Origin: Owenia fusiformis
Lineage: Eukaryota
Assembly: GCA_903813345.2 (NCBI GenBank)
Contig: CAIIXF020000001.1
Coordinates: forward strand, 40,424,001-40,488,000
Reading direction: 5' to 3'
DNA: 64,000 nt
How positions within the stretch are numbered: position 1 is the stretch's first letter; each line of letters starts with the position of its first letter. The translations under genes were made by a program, and so were the position numbers. Shown here piece by piece: positions 27,189-41,419 of the stretch. The notes below the pieces were generated by a model. It ran no database searches. It saw nothing but the letters and a program-made list of their open reading frames with translations, and was not told the DNA's origin.

Positions 27189-28425
27189 CTATGACAACTG
27201 TAATTATGATGCACTGATGGCAACCTGGGGCGAATAGAGGCCCCAAGCTACCTGCACCTGTCATCTAGCTCTCTATGGATACCAGGGACCTGTCACTCTC
27301 AAGACACAGAGGGGAGATGGGGACAGGGGGGGGGGGGGGGTTCGAGGGCCCTGAATGAAATATAAGCCAGTTGAGTAAATTATTTTTCTTCTGGTCTTCT
27401 ATTATTTTTTAATGGTGAAGCTATTTTTACATTTGTAATATTTTTTGAAAAGCTAAACTGATACAATAATAAGGCCTTATAATGACTAAAAGTAACGAAC
27501 GAACAATCTAATAATTAAAAATCTAGTAATTAATAAAATGTGAAAACTCAAATTAGATTTAATGCCATCTTTATCATTATATTATAATTTCTGTATATAC
27601 AAACTGTGGGACAAAATGCTTACCAAATCGTATCATTCACATAGCTATTTTAAACACCACACCCAAGAATGAGCATACTTTCAATTGGTAAATACAAAAA
27701 TTGAGTGGCACTTAATTCTTAACCCAAATAGACTATATTTTACATTTACATATTACAAATGTGCATTTTAATAAAAAAGTATACTTCATTATATAACATG
27801 AGATGACTTGTATTAAGTATGGCTAAAAATCAAGAGATAATTAGTCCCATTTATGTTTTTTCGATTGCAATTAATTATATTTGTTCAGAAGATAATAATG
27901 TTCCTTTGATTGTTATATCTGGCGCAAACCCGTATATGGGCTTTGTATACCTAGTATACCGAGGAGCCGATGCGACACAGACAAAGGGACCTGGAAATCG
28001 GATCTACTAAACATCCCCCCACCACAATGCTATGAATCAATAGATGAGCATGGACAAAGCATCACTCGACCATCTCGTCACCTTCTTCCCAGTAATTAAC
28101 ACAGCAATTAGGGACAACTTTCGCCAAAACACACTTTCACTGTTCTAGGCTTTGTAGGATATTTTACTAATTGTTTTCCAGACTTTTTTGTGGTTATTTA
28201 TCAGAATGTTGAAACCCCTTAATGTATCATTCTCCTCAAGCAGACGCTGATCAGTATCCCAAAAGTGTTCTTAATGAGAAACCACGCTGGTGGGACTGAT
28301 GAAAATTACAAAATCAAAAAACTGAAAACCATATAAAATTAAACTGAAGATTCTGGTTTCATACTTTGCATGTGTTTTTATTGTTTTGGATTATTGCTTC
28401 TATTTAATAACTGTAAATTGTTATT

Positions 28426-29064
28426 CAGGCCTCCTAGACTTCCAACAACGCGAACATCAGTTCTGACCTCGAGAACTACGTTCCCTGCACTCGAAGTCCA
28501 TGATTCTCACGTCGCGAAAGTGAAATCTTTAGTCGCGCACCACCATTTCCTTGGTCCCTAACATATTTCTTCACTCACGAACAGAGATCAATGCTCGCGA
28601 ACCAGACCTGGTAGAAAAAGGTCCGTAAAGTCCCAAAAGTATAGGCCCCCCATAGGCAGACATATACCAATGTCTCCATAGTAAGTGTCATATGTAATTT
28701 TAAAGCTTATCCTCTTGGTATATGTCTGCCTATGGGGGGCCCCATACTTTCGGGACACCCTGTACATGTGAATATGTATAATGGCCAATATAAATTGCAA
28801 CCAGACTCCTTTTGTTGCTTGCAATAATTATTGGAATCCCAAAAACCCGAATGCACTATGTACAAACTTGTGCGCTAACATGGATCTCTGTTTGCGAGTG
28901 GAGAATATGTTTGGGAGCGAGGAAATGATGGTGTGCGACTAAAGATTTCATGTTCCCAACGTGAGAATCATGGTTCGAGCGCAGGGAACGTAGTTCTCGA
29001 GGTCAGAACTGATGTTCGTGAGATTAGAACTGATGTTCGCGTTGGTGGAAGTCTAGGAGGCCTG
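28426..29064. mobile_element. Non-autonomous DNA transposon with ~170-bp TIRs (CAGGCCTCCTAGACTTCCA...)
   Basis: Long inverted arms. 5-bp TSD ttatt at 28421-28425 and 29065-29069. A short internal duplication of agaactgatgttcg occurs in the right arm. Confidence 0.92.
28630..28762. mobile_element. Nested Tc1/mariner-type MITE, left tip missing
   Basis: Inverted arms gtcccaaaagtataggccccccataggcagacatataccaa / ttggtatatgtctgcctatggggggcccatactttcgggac. Right end is gggacaccctg followed by TA. Confidence 0.75.
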
Positions 29065-30443
29065 TTATTACACATTGTTTTGTGCTGTTTGGATTAGCCA
29101 GTAAAATATAAACTCTATTTTCCTGATAAAACAAAGGTCTGGCTGCTATTTTTCTTATAGAGTTCTTTCATAATGTTCAGAGTAGTTATTTAATTGATTC
29201 TGGAACATCTATTCCATTGAGCATATCAGCTTATTGACTCCACTGACATTTTTAAAACTTTCCCTTGCATTTCCATTCTCTTCCCACTATCATCTTTCAA
29301 TGTTGTAGAAAGCAAAGCTATTTCCAGTGATTGTTCAGGATGTTCAAAAAACTAGTTTTGTCTTCGCTAATTCCATGAAAGGAAACAAAATAATTTTGCT
29401 AAAGATTACAACATCTTACACAACTACGGTAAAACCATCATCAGAATATGAATGTTTGATCATATTTTTCAGTAAAATCTAACATGATTTATTTTATAAC
29501 ATAAATACATGATTTTGTGTGAATACCACGTATGTCTGGTTAGATGACAGTCGATTTCTCACTTTCCTAAGGAATCTAGTAGAGAGAAAACTAGAACTGG
29601 CCATATATTTTTGTGTGGGTTATTGACAAAATGTTGAGGTGTATGAGAGCTCTAAGGAGTTGTCATCTCTATTTGCTTAGTAATTCCTTAGACCGACTTT
29701 GCATGAATTATTTATATTCTATTTACTGTATTGTTGTCATTTATTAATCCATATTCTCTATGTTAGATATTGATATGGTGTAAAAACATAGTTGCGCTTT
29801 GAGCTATACTTTGCTATGGGGACAGATTGATCAATTTCCCGTTGCCTTGGGTTAAAACAAACCCAAAGCTACCATTCTGATTATTAAGCCCAATAATGTA
29901 TTCTCTTTGAAATCTACCCTCTCTTTCATATCTTGGTCAATCATCATTTTAACTCTTTCTTGTCTTATGCAATAGGAATGATCCTATAGCATTATCAATT
30001 AAAATGTAGTTCTATATTATCTAAAACATATTCCATAAGTGGATTTGGAATTTGTCTCCTTTAAAAGTGATGTCAATATCTATGATTGTAACATATCGTC
30101 ACTTATCATCCATTATCATCATTGTTATGGTCAAAGTTCTACATTTCCTTATTTTTGACATCATTAAAGAATTCATATTTTAAAGTAATGCAATGCATCA
30201 ATGGATCCAATACCATTTTTTCTCAATCAGTTCAAATTGCACACACATGGCTCATTCCAACAATAAGTATAATTAAGTCCAAATAATATGTGAAAAGTCA
30301 AAAGTCTTTATGATTTACGATTCCAAATATAATGTTAAAACTTCAAAAAAGATCCATGATATCTCATACTCGAGGATATACCCTATATCCAAAACCTCCC
30401 AGGACATATCCCTTGTGCATTTATTTTTATATTTCCTGACATA

Positions 30444-30534
30444 CTGGCTTGGTGAGATCAGAGATTTATTGTAAACTGAAAGAGTGAAGACGAAGCTCTT
30501 TTTTAAGAAGTGAATAAGAATGAATGCAAAGGGT
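30444..30534 (+). mobile_element. Diverged fragment of the TACCCT-terminated 9-bp-TSD element (right end only)
   Basis: tgaaagagtgaagacgaagctct...taagaagtgaa...gaatgcaaagggt matches 62124-62181. Confidence 0.8.
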
Positions 30535-32473
30535 GATGTTCACATACGAAACTTAGAAAGCTTAATAACATAATTAACAAATATGATCTATAACAGTTCC
30601 ATATATGTACATTAACAGTATTGTACAAATGTCATAAGAAGGCTATCACGAATATGAAGTTCTGGATTTTAAATAATAGGTGAGGCATGGAATTATATAA
30701 GACAACAAGCTACTGAATAAGGCAAAAGATATTGGACGCTGTATCTCTGATTTATGTTCAATATTAATCTCAGATTTAACCTATGAATAGAAAGAAAATT
30801 ATACCACACAGGAAATTAAAGAATAATGACCAAAAAATCTGTAAGTTCGCTTTAATTTGTTGCTTTTGATGAAGCTGAGAGTCTATACAGAATTCAAATG
30901 GAAAGAATAGATAATTAATAGCATGTCTAATTAAACCTCATTTATTCTGCAACAACAATGGATATGGGTCCTTGTTCGGATCATGCTTCATGGTTAACAT
31001 CCCCAAGCTCACGACTCAGATTCATCCACTGGCATACACCGTGGTAGATCCTGCAACCACCTAACTGTCATATTAGAGGTTGATTTATAGAATGGAAATC
31101 AATCCTATATTTAATACTTACAGGATATGGTCTACTTGCTTGCTAACTGAATTTCAAAATAATAAGATATATCAAGAAATGTGTTATTTTATTTCCTAGA
31201 TCTGTGCATCTTGCAGTCTTCTTGAGACTTATTGTGACATAATTTCAAACTCTAGGTCCGGGCTCTAGGTACTTATTCCTAGTATGTTTAGATCAAATAA
31301 GCAAAAGTCTGAAGTACTTATTCAAATTACTTATTTAACCATGGTACTTAATACGATCATTTCTTATTAAAGAAGACCTTAACATTGACACAAATGCAAA
31401 CTTTGGCTCCTATTCTAACCCTGGTAGATGTATGTATTCAAAAACATTTTACATTTGTGACATGACATTTGTTTAATATCGACCTTTATTTAGTAACAAC
31501 ACAAACAGCAAAATGTATTTTCATTGGAGAAAGCTGAAATAATTTCATTTTTCTGTCAATTTCTTGTTTTCTTTTTCATCAAGAAAAAGAAAATCAAAGA
31601 TACTGGAAATTTTAAGCATCAGACATCTCAGTTGATTCTTGACAATATTATAAGCCACAACAAGTAAATTATCTTCTTCTGTTTCCCATGATAATCAGAG
31701 AATACCAGGTCACTGGTGCAGATTATAAGATGCATTGTTCTACCTGAAAAACTAATTAACCCAATCAGGAGACTCGGATAGATAACAGTCATCCCTTGCA
31801 GAAAACCCAACCATGCATTCATTGTCAAATTGTTAAACATTTAACCAAAATTACGATGGATCTGATTAACATTTTGAGATTTAATTAAAATATTTGCAGT
31901 TTGGTGACTGTTGATATGCATTGTACATTCTAACAGTGAGATTAATCTTAGCATTGTGAATATTTGAAGTTCTGCATTAGAAGATCTGTAAAGGCGGGTC
32001 TGGATGAGGCAGGGACACTGGAAAAACTTGCAAGTGGTAAAATAAATAAAATAATATGACCTATACAGTAATACTGGCCACTAATATACCCACAAAGGCT
32101 TATCCAAGACTTCTCCCTCAACATTTGGTTCTCCCTTGTATTGATTGTCTCCCTTAGGAGATCCCCATGTCTGTATATAGTTTAACTAACACCGAACACT
32201 CAAACCTAGCCCCTATCTATCTATACAAAGCTCTAATCTTAACAAAGGCCGGGTTTACAAAAGTTTACTAAGCTTTCATTTCACTGCTTCAGGAATTGAA
32301 AGCATAACAGATTCATAATATGATATTTGATTTTTCTCTTTCTTGTTATTTGAGTATTTGGATCATCTAAACCTGTTTCCAAGACAACCTGATATATGAC
32401 AGCTATCATCATGACAACAAAATGATGACAAAATAAATGTCAATATTTGGAATAACAAAAGCTTTCAAAAGTT

Positions 32474-32602
32474 CAAACAAAACATCACATATCCCCCCAA
32501 ACAAATCATCACATATCCCAACAAACAAAACATCACATATCCCAACAAACAAAACATCACATATCCCACCAAACAAAACATCACATATCCCACCAAACAA
32601 AC
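32474..32602. repeat. 24-bp minisatellite, about 5 copies (aaacaaaacatcacatatcccacc)
   Basis: Visible by inspection. Explains ORFs 32409..32600 and 32437..32622. Confidence 0.95.
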
Positions 32603-32654
32603 CATTTAATCAAATCACTTGAACATTTCATGGTAGAAATAACAAGACAGTAGC

Positions 32655-32732
32655 TACCCTTTGCATTCGTTTGACTTCCCTTCTTAAAAAGAGCTTCGTC
32701 TTGTAGTTTAACTAGACTCTGCACGCAGAGTA
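32655..32732 (-). mobile_element. 78-bp miniature of the TACCCT-terminated element
   Basis: Both ends of 61792-62182 are fused, in reverse orientation. Perfect 9-bp TSD gacagtagc at 32646-32654 and 32733-32741. Confidence 0.92.
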
Positions 32733-35700
32733 GACAGTAGCTGTAGTATTGTCTCCTTTTGGCAAAATCTACACCTATGACATGACATGACATCATACAT
32801 TTGAAATTCTCCAGGAGACATGGACCAAATCCTTTAACTGGTCTTTGAGGACGGATGGACAGTTGTCAGAACAGACAGTTTCACTAAATTCCTACCCAGA
32901 CTTCATTCATAGTAAGTCAAGGATACAAGGACCCATAATAAATGTTCATATTATTACAAAATAGCATTTATTTTTGCATTACAGACTTAACCATGTAAGA
33001 ATATATTATATGTAAAGGTTTGTCTCAAATGATTATATGTTCTATTATAACATAACATTCTCAAACCAAGAAATAAATGAGCTAAAAATAAGCTATTTCT
33101 ACTTCTCAAGTTAATTTATAGCCCCAAGTTCAGTAATCTTTACTGTGATGAAAAATGATGGTATAATGATGATATAATAACTGAACCTATCACCAGCATG
33201 GCCAATGTGTCTTTCCTTAATAATGATAATTCAAAAACTATCACCATGGTTATTATAGACAAGATGAAACAGGAGATGATGTTGTTATGAGCAATTTCCT
33301 CCAAGGAAAAACTGAAAGCCCAGGCATCCTGGCTGAACAAATTACAAGAATAGAGTCGAGAGCAAACGAAAATTAACTCAGTAAATTGCTCGAAGAATTA
33401 TTTTATTTGCTTACAAGTTAGAAGAAGTCTTGAAGACGCCAAATAAGGTTTTGTCGTTAAATAGCACAAAGGCTGGACACAGTCTAATGTATTGTTGTCG
33501 ACTAAGGAAATATTGACTTTGCTATAAAACAGATATGAGCAAGAAATGTCTATAAAAAATTGTTCTAAAAATGGGGGAGTTTAAATACCAACACAAACTA
33601 ACATTTATCTATTCTTTGATCAAATATTAGAAACTCTGAAGGGAGTACAAAAGATCAGAGCTAAGCCCAACTGAAGTGCTCTAAGCATATTCTACGAAAT
33701 AAAGAAATACATACTTTTAAGTATAAGTTGTTTAACATGAATCTATGATGCTTTTAGAAAACATTCTTCAACTTCATTAAAATCTACACAATTAAAGATC
33801 AGATTTCATTTGCATAAAAACAGATATTTTATAATTTTTGTTAGTAACATAGAAAATTATGCATAAGAAATTCCTTATCTTGATAAAAAAAACTTAAAAT
33901 TCTATTTTGATTATTCATCAGTAAAATCTAACAATTCATAATCTTGATTTTAAAAATGTGTAAAGAATCACAATTTATATTCATAGCTTTTGCTGTCACC
34001 TCTTATAAACACAATAAATTATGTTCTAATTTTTTGTTTTAATAAATTTAATTAAAAGTCTTATCTTGACTATTGTTATAGCATCTCATGATCTCAAGAC
34101 TCATTAAAATAAATAAACGCTCAAACAAAATTAATTTTTAATTACAAATATAAAAATAAATGAAGTAATAGTGTTTTTAACCTACAGATGTTTTTAATCT
34201 TAAAATTGACTGACGCAATTATTATCTATGTAAAATAGTACAAATTTACTTACACCTTTATGTGTAATTCATGAATATTTATACAGCAACTAACCTTGAA
34301 GAATATCACTGGAACTTGGTTCATTAAACTATCTCCTTTCATTGTTCATCACAGCTTTATATAATCTTCACTCATAGTCACAATGTTCATAAAGTGTTCA
34401 TTAAAATTCTCATTGAATGTTGAAGGTTGTACCATACATAGCAGTATCTATATGATATGAAATCAAGTTATTTTCATAATGTTAAATCACAAAATCACTT
34501 AAGTATTGCTTATAATTATGTAGTTTTCAAGAATTGTCATTTTACACAGTTGTTTTACATGCAATATGCTTTATACTCCCTAGGGATGTGGTTTTCTGTG
34601 ACAACACTACAATACAAGATATAAATGTGAACAACTACACAATTCAGACTCTTAGAAATATAGGAAAACCTACTCAAAATACAAGCCCTATTACCCATAA
34701 ACCTTAAATTGAGTCACATGTTTCATCATAACCAATCAAACAGGAGAAATTCTAAACAAATCCAGATTTACCTGGGATATGTTTTGCAAAATGAGATTAA
34801 TTTGCAGTGCCAAGGATTGTAGACAATTAAACTGAAAGAAAATCTCCGCAGACATTATGTACCATTGATGCCACTATAGCCCATCATGTCCAATAACTCA
34901 CATAAGCGCTTAATTCGCTGCCTTGAAATCATTTTCCTGAAGCAAAAATTACACAGTAAGACATAATAACACCTTACGCTCTAGAATTACCTTTACTCAA
35001 TAGAATACTTCAAAAAGAAAAATCTTCAATCCAAACTTCGAGCAATCTAGATTAGAAAACTAACGGAAAATTCATTGATCTCGATATCAAAAATAAAGAA
35101 AAGTCTTCGTTAAATTCAAACTAAGCATTGAAGCCCATTGAGAACTCAGCATTTCTTGAGCTCATTCAGTGTTCAATTTGAATCAATGAAAATTCCACAT
35201 AGTAAATCATGTAATTTTGCAACGTGAAACTAGTGATTGTCATAACAAGTTGAAGTTAATATGTTGGCTGAGGGCTCTCATTAGTTAGAAACTCCCACGA
35301 TGTATAATTACTAAACTCCTTATGTAGTCATCATTTTTATGTTAAAAATAACAAAATGAATACAATCAAAATAAAATAGCTGTCTTATCTTGATACAAAA
35401 GAAAATGCTGCACTAAAAACAGGAATAAAACACCAATCATGAAATAATTAGAAATTCTATTAAAATTAAGTGTAGATTGATAAGAAAAAGAAGTGAAATG
35501 TCATTGACATAGAAGTAACTGCAGTAGGAGACACAAAATACAATGTATTCAAAAATGTGAAACAATAAATGATTAAAACATATGTATACCAACAGCGCCG
35601 ATATAGATTGAACTATTTTTTAATAAACTAAAGCAGTAAAATGAGAATTCTAGCTCATAAACTAAGACAGTAAAATGAGAATTCTAGCTCATAACTAGTT

Positions 35701-38473
35701 CACATTGATGAAACAAATGAAAACAGATTCAAGTGCATGTTCCAGTGGTGCTAGACATTACATTGAGGAACATGAAGTAGGAGCATGACAATGCTATTGC
35801 CAAAAGACAAGAGGAGGAGATTGAAGGGAAGTGTGCAGCTATTGTAGTCCTCCAGCATCTGCAAACACTCTCCAGTCACCCTACCACAAAAGAACTGGAG
35901 TACCTTACTAATAATACCAACTCAAACTTGCACATTTCACATCAATTCATTCTCATTTTAACTCCATTTGTTTTTCTTATCTCACATTTTCATCTATGAT
36001 TTTGGAATGTCAAAGGATGCTTGTACAATACAAATGAAAAAGCTTGGAGTAAAAGGTTGAAAGTTGTTAGTGGATGTGAAATGAATGATCGACTGAGCCA
36101 TACAAAGATGTTGTCAAATTCAACGCCATTCTCCATAGAAAGAACTCTCACCTCTCTTATCTAGCAATCTTTAATAAACATGATGAAAAATCACTGTCGT
36201 AAAAAACATCGTCACAAAAGGGATGAAAAATGCCTAACGATAGGTCCATCTGTCTTCCAAAGAGCATGTGCACTGTGCCGTAACATCGTATAAATCTCGA
36301 CATCATTCGCTGACAACTACATAGAACTCTTTACAAGCAAGTTGCAGCTATTTCATTCTACTGAATAGACCTATCTTGTACTTGTTATTGCACAAACATA
36401 CTACATCATGTTGTTTTTTTATATCACATGCCCTATGATTAATTTTATCAAATTAGGCAGGGGTGGAAATACATCCAATTACTGTTAAGTCATGTTCCAA
36501 ATTTATCACTGCCAAAATACATCATGATAATCACCAAAAGTCAAAAATGGCATTTTCATTAAAAATAAAAAATTCAAAACATTCAAGATATTAAAAGAAT
36601 ACACAACTGAGATTAATCACATGAAGACATCAAATGAAATATTATAAATTCACATAAATGGACAAGCAAGTCATTCTATTTTTAGTTGGATGAATCCAGT
36701 AAAAAGGCATTAAGTAAGAGCAATTTTCCATTACATCTGTTGTCTATGATGTGAAGCTAGTCAATTATCAGTCCCGATTATTGTTGTATTGTTTTGCATT
36801 GTTCTGGGGATTAACTAGAAATGGAAAGTAAATATATCTGAGGTCTGGGTCACACCTTTCAACACTAAGGAGTACTACCTAAATTGAGATACCATCATAA
36901 ACTAAATTGAAGTCTAATAGGCTCGGAAAAATGAACTCCTTCAAATTCAATTCAACTCATGATTATTTGATTTTATCACGTGTTGCCCTTTGTGATTTTC
37001 AACTTTCTGTTTATGTTTATTTTTGTTATATGGTGAGAATACAAGGTTTGAATCATAAGAGGTTATAATAAAGACTTGACTTTTGAGCTCTAACAAAAGC
37101 CGCTTGGATATGTTTACTTGATACCTATTACTCCATCTATTAACAAACAGAAGCACTATATAAAGCGTGCAGTGATTTCAAATATGCAATTTAAATATTG
37201 GAACATGAAATCGACAAAAGGCAACATTTGCCAGGAATGGGATAATGGACTGTTATATCATAGACATCCTAAAATGCTCTTGAATTCAAATAACGAAATG
37301 AGCAAATAAAATATATAAGCCAAAGTGTCTACAACATCTAGACTACTGAATCTACTAAACCAATGTGTATTATTGGCAAGTACACAAAATTCCTCTTAAT
37401 TTACACACCTTTCTTTCGCATATCCATAGGTCAAACTTTTGACTTTTGTTTAAAAAACAGTTGTAATTTAAAAATAAAATGAAAATTCCTGCGACATTTC
37501 AGAGTGTGAAATATGTCATCGGGAAAATGGATAATTACAGAGTTAAAGAAGTGAACATTTGTAAAATTGCCTAGAGTTTTCAGTTGAAAACTGCCAAAAT
37601 GTTATCTATAAGAGATCTCCACGGCCTTTGGGGGTCTGTGTGCTTTGTCAATTTCAGTTTCAACTTTTACCCCATAGTTAAACAACCCAAAATTTGTTTT
37701 GAGCGTTATTACAATTATGATTTCACACTTTTTCAGAAAGAGGGAATTTTCCTGAATAGGTAATTATATTCTTTAATCATACACCTTGACACTCTGTCAA
37801 CTCCGAGCCTGAATTTATGATAAGTACACAATGAACTGGCAAACAGATAGCGAGAGATGAATACAATCGCTAAGAGATGAGATAACGATCGCTAGATGCA
37901 TCCCCTGGTTTGCAAGATGCATTTCAAAAAATTATTTTTCATATTTAGCACTTCACATCAAACATGTCTCATCATGTGATTCATCAAGCCCAAATCGCAT
38001 TTAACAAAATCATGCGTCACCAAAAAGAGTCCAGGTGAAATCTAGACTAAAATAGATACTTAATTTTTGAATGGATAATGAATTTTCTATCCCCAGGACA
38101 ACTTCTCCATCTGATAATGTCAGCCTTTTGCGAAAACAGTTATGAGTATTATGTTGTTTTCTGTTAGAGACTTCGCCTCCCTGTAGCATTATGAGGTTCG
38201 CAGTATGAGCAATGATTTTGATACTCAAAGCAGACAGACAGATCTTCAGACATTTCTCTATTAACTTCAACAGCAGGGTGGGTGGGCAAATAAATGGTAT
38301 GCACAATAAACCCCCCCCCCACATCTACCTAACTCTCTGGTCTCCTCATATAAGGTTCATGAAAGATGAACACTGTTTAGGTTTTTTTAGAGTCATTTGT
38401 TTCAAAATGACATAAAGCTTAATTTGATTCTTTGGGGTGGGGCTTGAATTTTTGGAGGGCAGGATAGTCTCAC

Positions 38474-38501
38474 CTTTGGACAGAGATAATCCAAAACAGT
38501 T
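38474..38501 (-). CDS. Candidate 28-nt eya micro-exon (phase 2 to 0): (R)TVLDYLCPK
   Basis: Acceptor ctgtatatttttcaag (weaker AAG type) and donor AAG|gtgaga. Bridges the 60.6-kb exon to the VKR exon in frame. Confidence 0.35.
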
Positions 38502-41302
38502 CTTGAAAAATATACAGACTATGTTTTAACTTTCAATGGAAATATATTAAGTAGTTTAATGACTTCAGCATGCAATTAGTCTCAATATGTGTAATTAATA
38601 TGATGTAGTATGGGATGCACCTGATATAGTTTTAGAGTGTCATTGTTAAAAATTGTATATATCCAAATAAATAAATAAATAAAAATAAAATACATGTTAT
38701 AACCAAGACCAGAAATGTGTAAATATTTCTTTCAGGAAAATTGGGTATTCACATTCTGCATTGTGGAATATTCTTATTAGGTGGTTTTACTGAAAATTCA
38801 TATGGAGAGGTTTAAATCAAAATAAGGGTACATCTAACAACAAAACCCTTATTATGAGTTTTTATCATAAAAACCTTTATTAGGATGTTTTACTGGGAGG
38901 TTTACTATAAAATGTTTTTGGGAATTTATCATAAATACATTGTTCCGAGGGTTTATTGCAGTGATTGCTCAAACTGAGTCGCTAACCATTCAGACAGAAA
39001 ATTTCATAAAATTAATTAGCAGCAAATGTAATGATGATGATGACTTTAATGGGGAGGAAAATTAACAACAATTCTGACATGATGAATACCTCAGTCCCAT
39101 CATTCTTCAGAGCATCACCTTTTATACATTGAACTGATTGGTTCACTTAAACAGGTGATCTTCAAAATGCATTGTGGGAAGATAGTTTTTCTATTGCTGA
39201 TGAGCAGTTTGAAAGATGTGATAGAGCATATATCACCAGATTTCATGGATTTCCAGACCTACATGTCAATCACACCTCATATCGCTTCCTTCTCAAGTAA
39301 TGCACTCACTATTCATTAGTGCACTCACAATTCTAGATAAATAAAAAAATTTTGAAAATAGATATACTCATAAAATATAATAAAAATAAGAACAATTTCC
39401 TATTTACTGATTGGCTTATTTGATTTTGATAAATATATAGATTAAAAGAATCGGGTGAGAAAAAGCCAATTACAGCGCTGACCCTGTTGTTGAGACCATG
39501 TACATCCGATACACAGTTAAATATAGGACAAATCCGGGTACATAAACATGCTATATGTTTACTGTCCTCACTAATTTGGACTTACATTTGGTTAAATACC
39601 CTGTACAATACAGATTTAGGATCATCTTGCATGTTTCACAAAAACATGCATTTTAGACTATTTATAATTTACAAAATTCAATTGTCCTTCAAATGATATA
39701 ATAGAGATACTTCGAGAGATAATCAAAATTAAAGAATAGTAAGTTGCTGTTTTACAAGAACTGGTCTGTGTGTGAGCTCTGCAAGGGAGTGGCTCTCTGT
39801 TGTGGGAGCTGTCCTCGTGTTGACTGACATGGCTCCTAATTGTCCCATAGACCAGTTGAGAATGTCACTTCCTTACATGTCACTTGTTTACACCTCATTC
39901 ACTGAGGGATGATGTTTAAATGTGGACAGTTGTAGAAGAATGACGTTGATTTTGTTAGGGGAGGGGGTAAAGGGGGTAAGAGAGGATTGCTGATTTTTGA
40001 AAAATCAATAGAAAGGCAAATCAGCATTATTTTTCAAATTTTATTAAAGGGATTGAGGTCAGGATTAAATTTAATGAAATCAATTTCATTTCCCCACAAC
40101 TGTCAACATTTGGACACCATCCCTTCATCAATGTCAATTTCAACATCTCACATTTATTCTTCAAAATAAAATGAAAATTGTGTTTTTTATAAAAGCACAT
40201 ATTCATCATCTTTCATTTACAATCATAGCATATATTAAAGTTGATTAACTCTGCTATGAGAGTGTGATATTTGAATTCAAAATGATCCACCAAGATTTAT
40301 TTATTTGTGGGATATGAAGTCAAACATTATGACAAATGAAGTAAACACATACAGTATTTTAATTTGCATTAATTTGGTTTCAATCTAAAGCAATCATATA
40401 ATTTGACAGCTAAAATGTTGTTTTTATTCATTTTAAGGTGGAAACTATCCCTGGGCATGTTCATCCTACAACCCCCCCCCCTGAAGAATAATAGACTTAA
40501 TTTGGCATATCTTTTAAAAGACAAAAGGTGGATCCAAAATTAAGAAGTCTAGCATAGTATAATACATTCAAAGTGCAAGTGAAATTTAAGTTATCTTGCT
40601 GGGATATGTAGTTACTGCATAAATCACTTCATAACACATATAAGACCACATCTGAAATTGTCTATTTACTGGTAAATATAAGAAAATCTACAGTTAAAGG
40701 AATGTGAACGACCTATTAAAAAAGGAAGCAATGTAATCACAAAAATTAAAAATTAAGAGAGAACTTTTTACTCATTTCAAAGGTTTGAGTTTTCATATTG
40801 AAAATTTTATCCATGAATAAAATTGATATCTGCAATAGAGTGAATTACAAAGAGTACAGATATCAATATCCATGAGTGAATAGAAATTACATCATGAGTC
40901 AATCATGAGGTATTTGTGAGTTAACCTCTTGACTACCTGGAGTGACCTTGAAACCCAGAGTGACAAGAAAATCGGTCAAAATTTTTTCACTAAAATTGCT
41001 CTTATTTGAACAATTTTCATCCAATTTACACAAAAATTGTTTTAAATGTTTAGAAATGATCTCTGCCATCTAACTTTACTAAGTAGAGCATCTAAAGTAA
41101 AAATGGTATGTAGTAAAATGTAAGTTAAAATGATTCAAATCAAACCTCCCAAATGACTGATAGATCACTGTTACTGTCAGTCTTATTTTAAGTCAAACAG
41201 CAAAATTCTGTTAACAATTGAAAATGATGCCAAAACCAACCATAGTAGATGGTTTAGTGAAAAAATGCCTAATATATTATATTTTCACATTAGTTACAGT
41301 GT

Positions 41303-41419
41303 GAATATCACAGTAAAAATATAAAAAATAACAAAGTAAAAATATGAATATCACAGTAAAAATATGAATATCACAGTAAAAATATAAAAAAAATCAAAGT
41401 AAAAATATGAATATCACAA
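41303..41419. repeat. ~20-bp AT-rich tandem repeat (gaatatcacagtaaaaatat)
   Basis: Visible by inspection. Confidence 0.85.
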
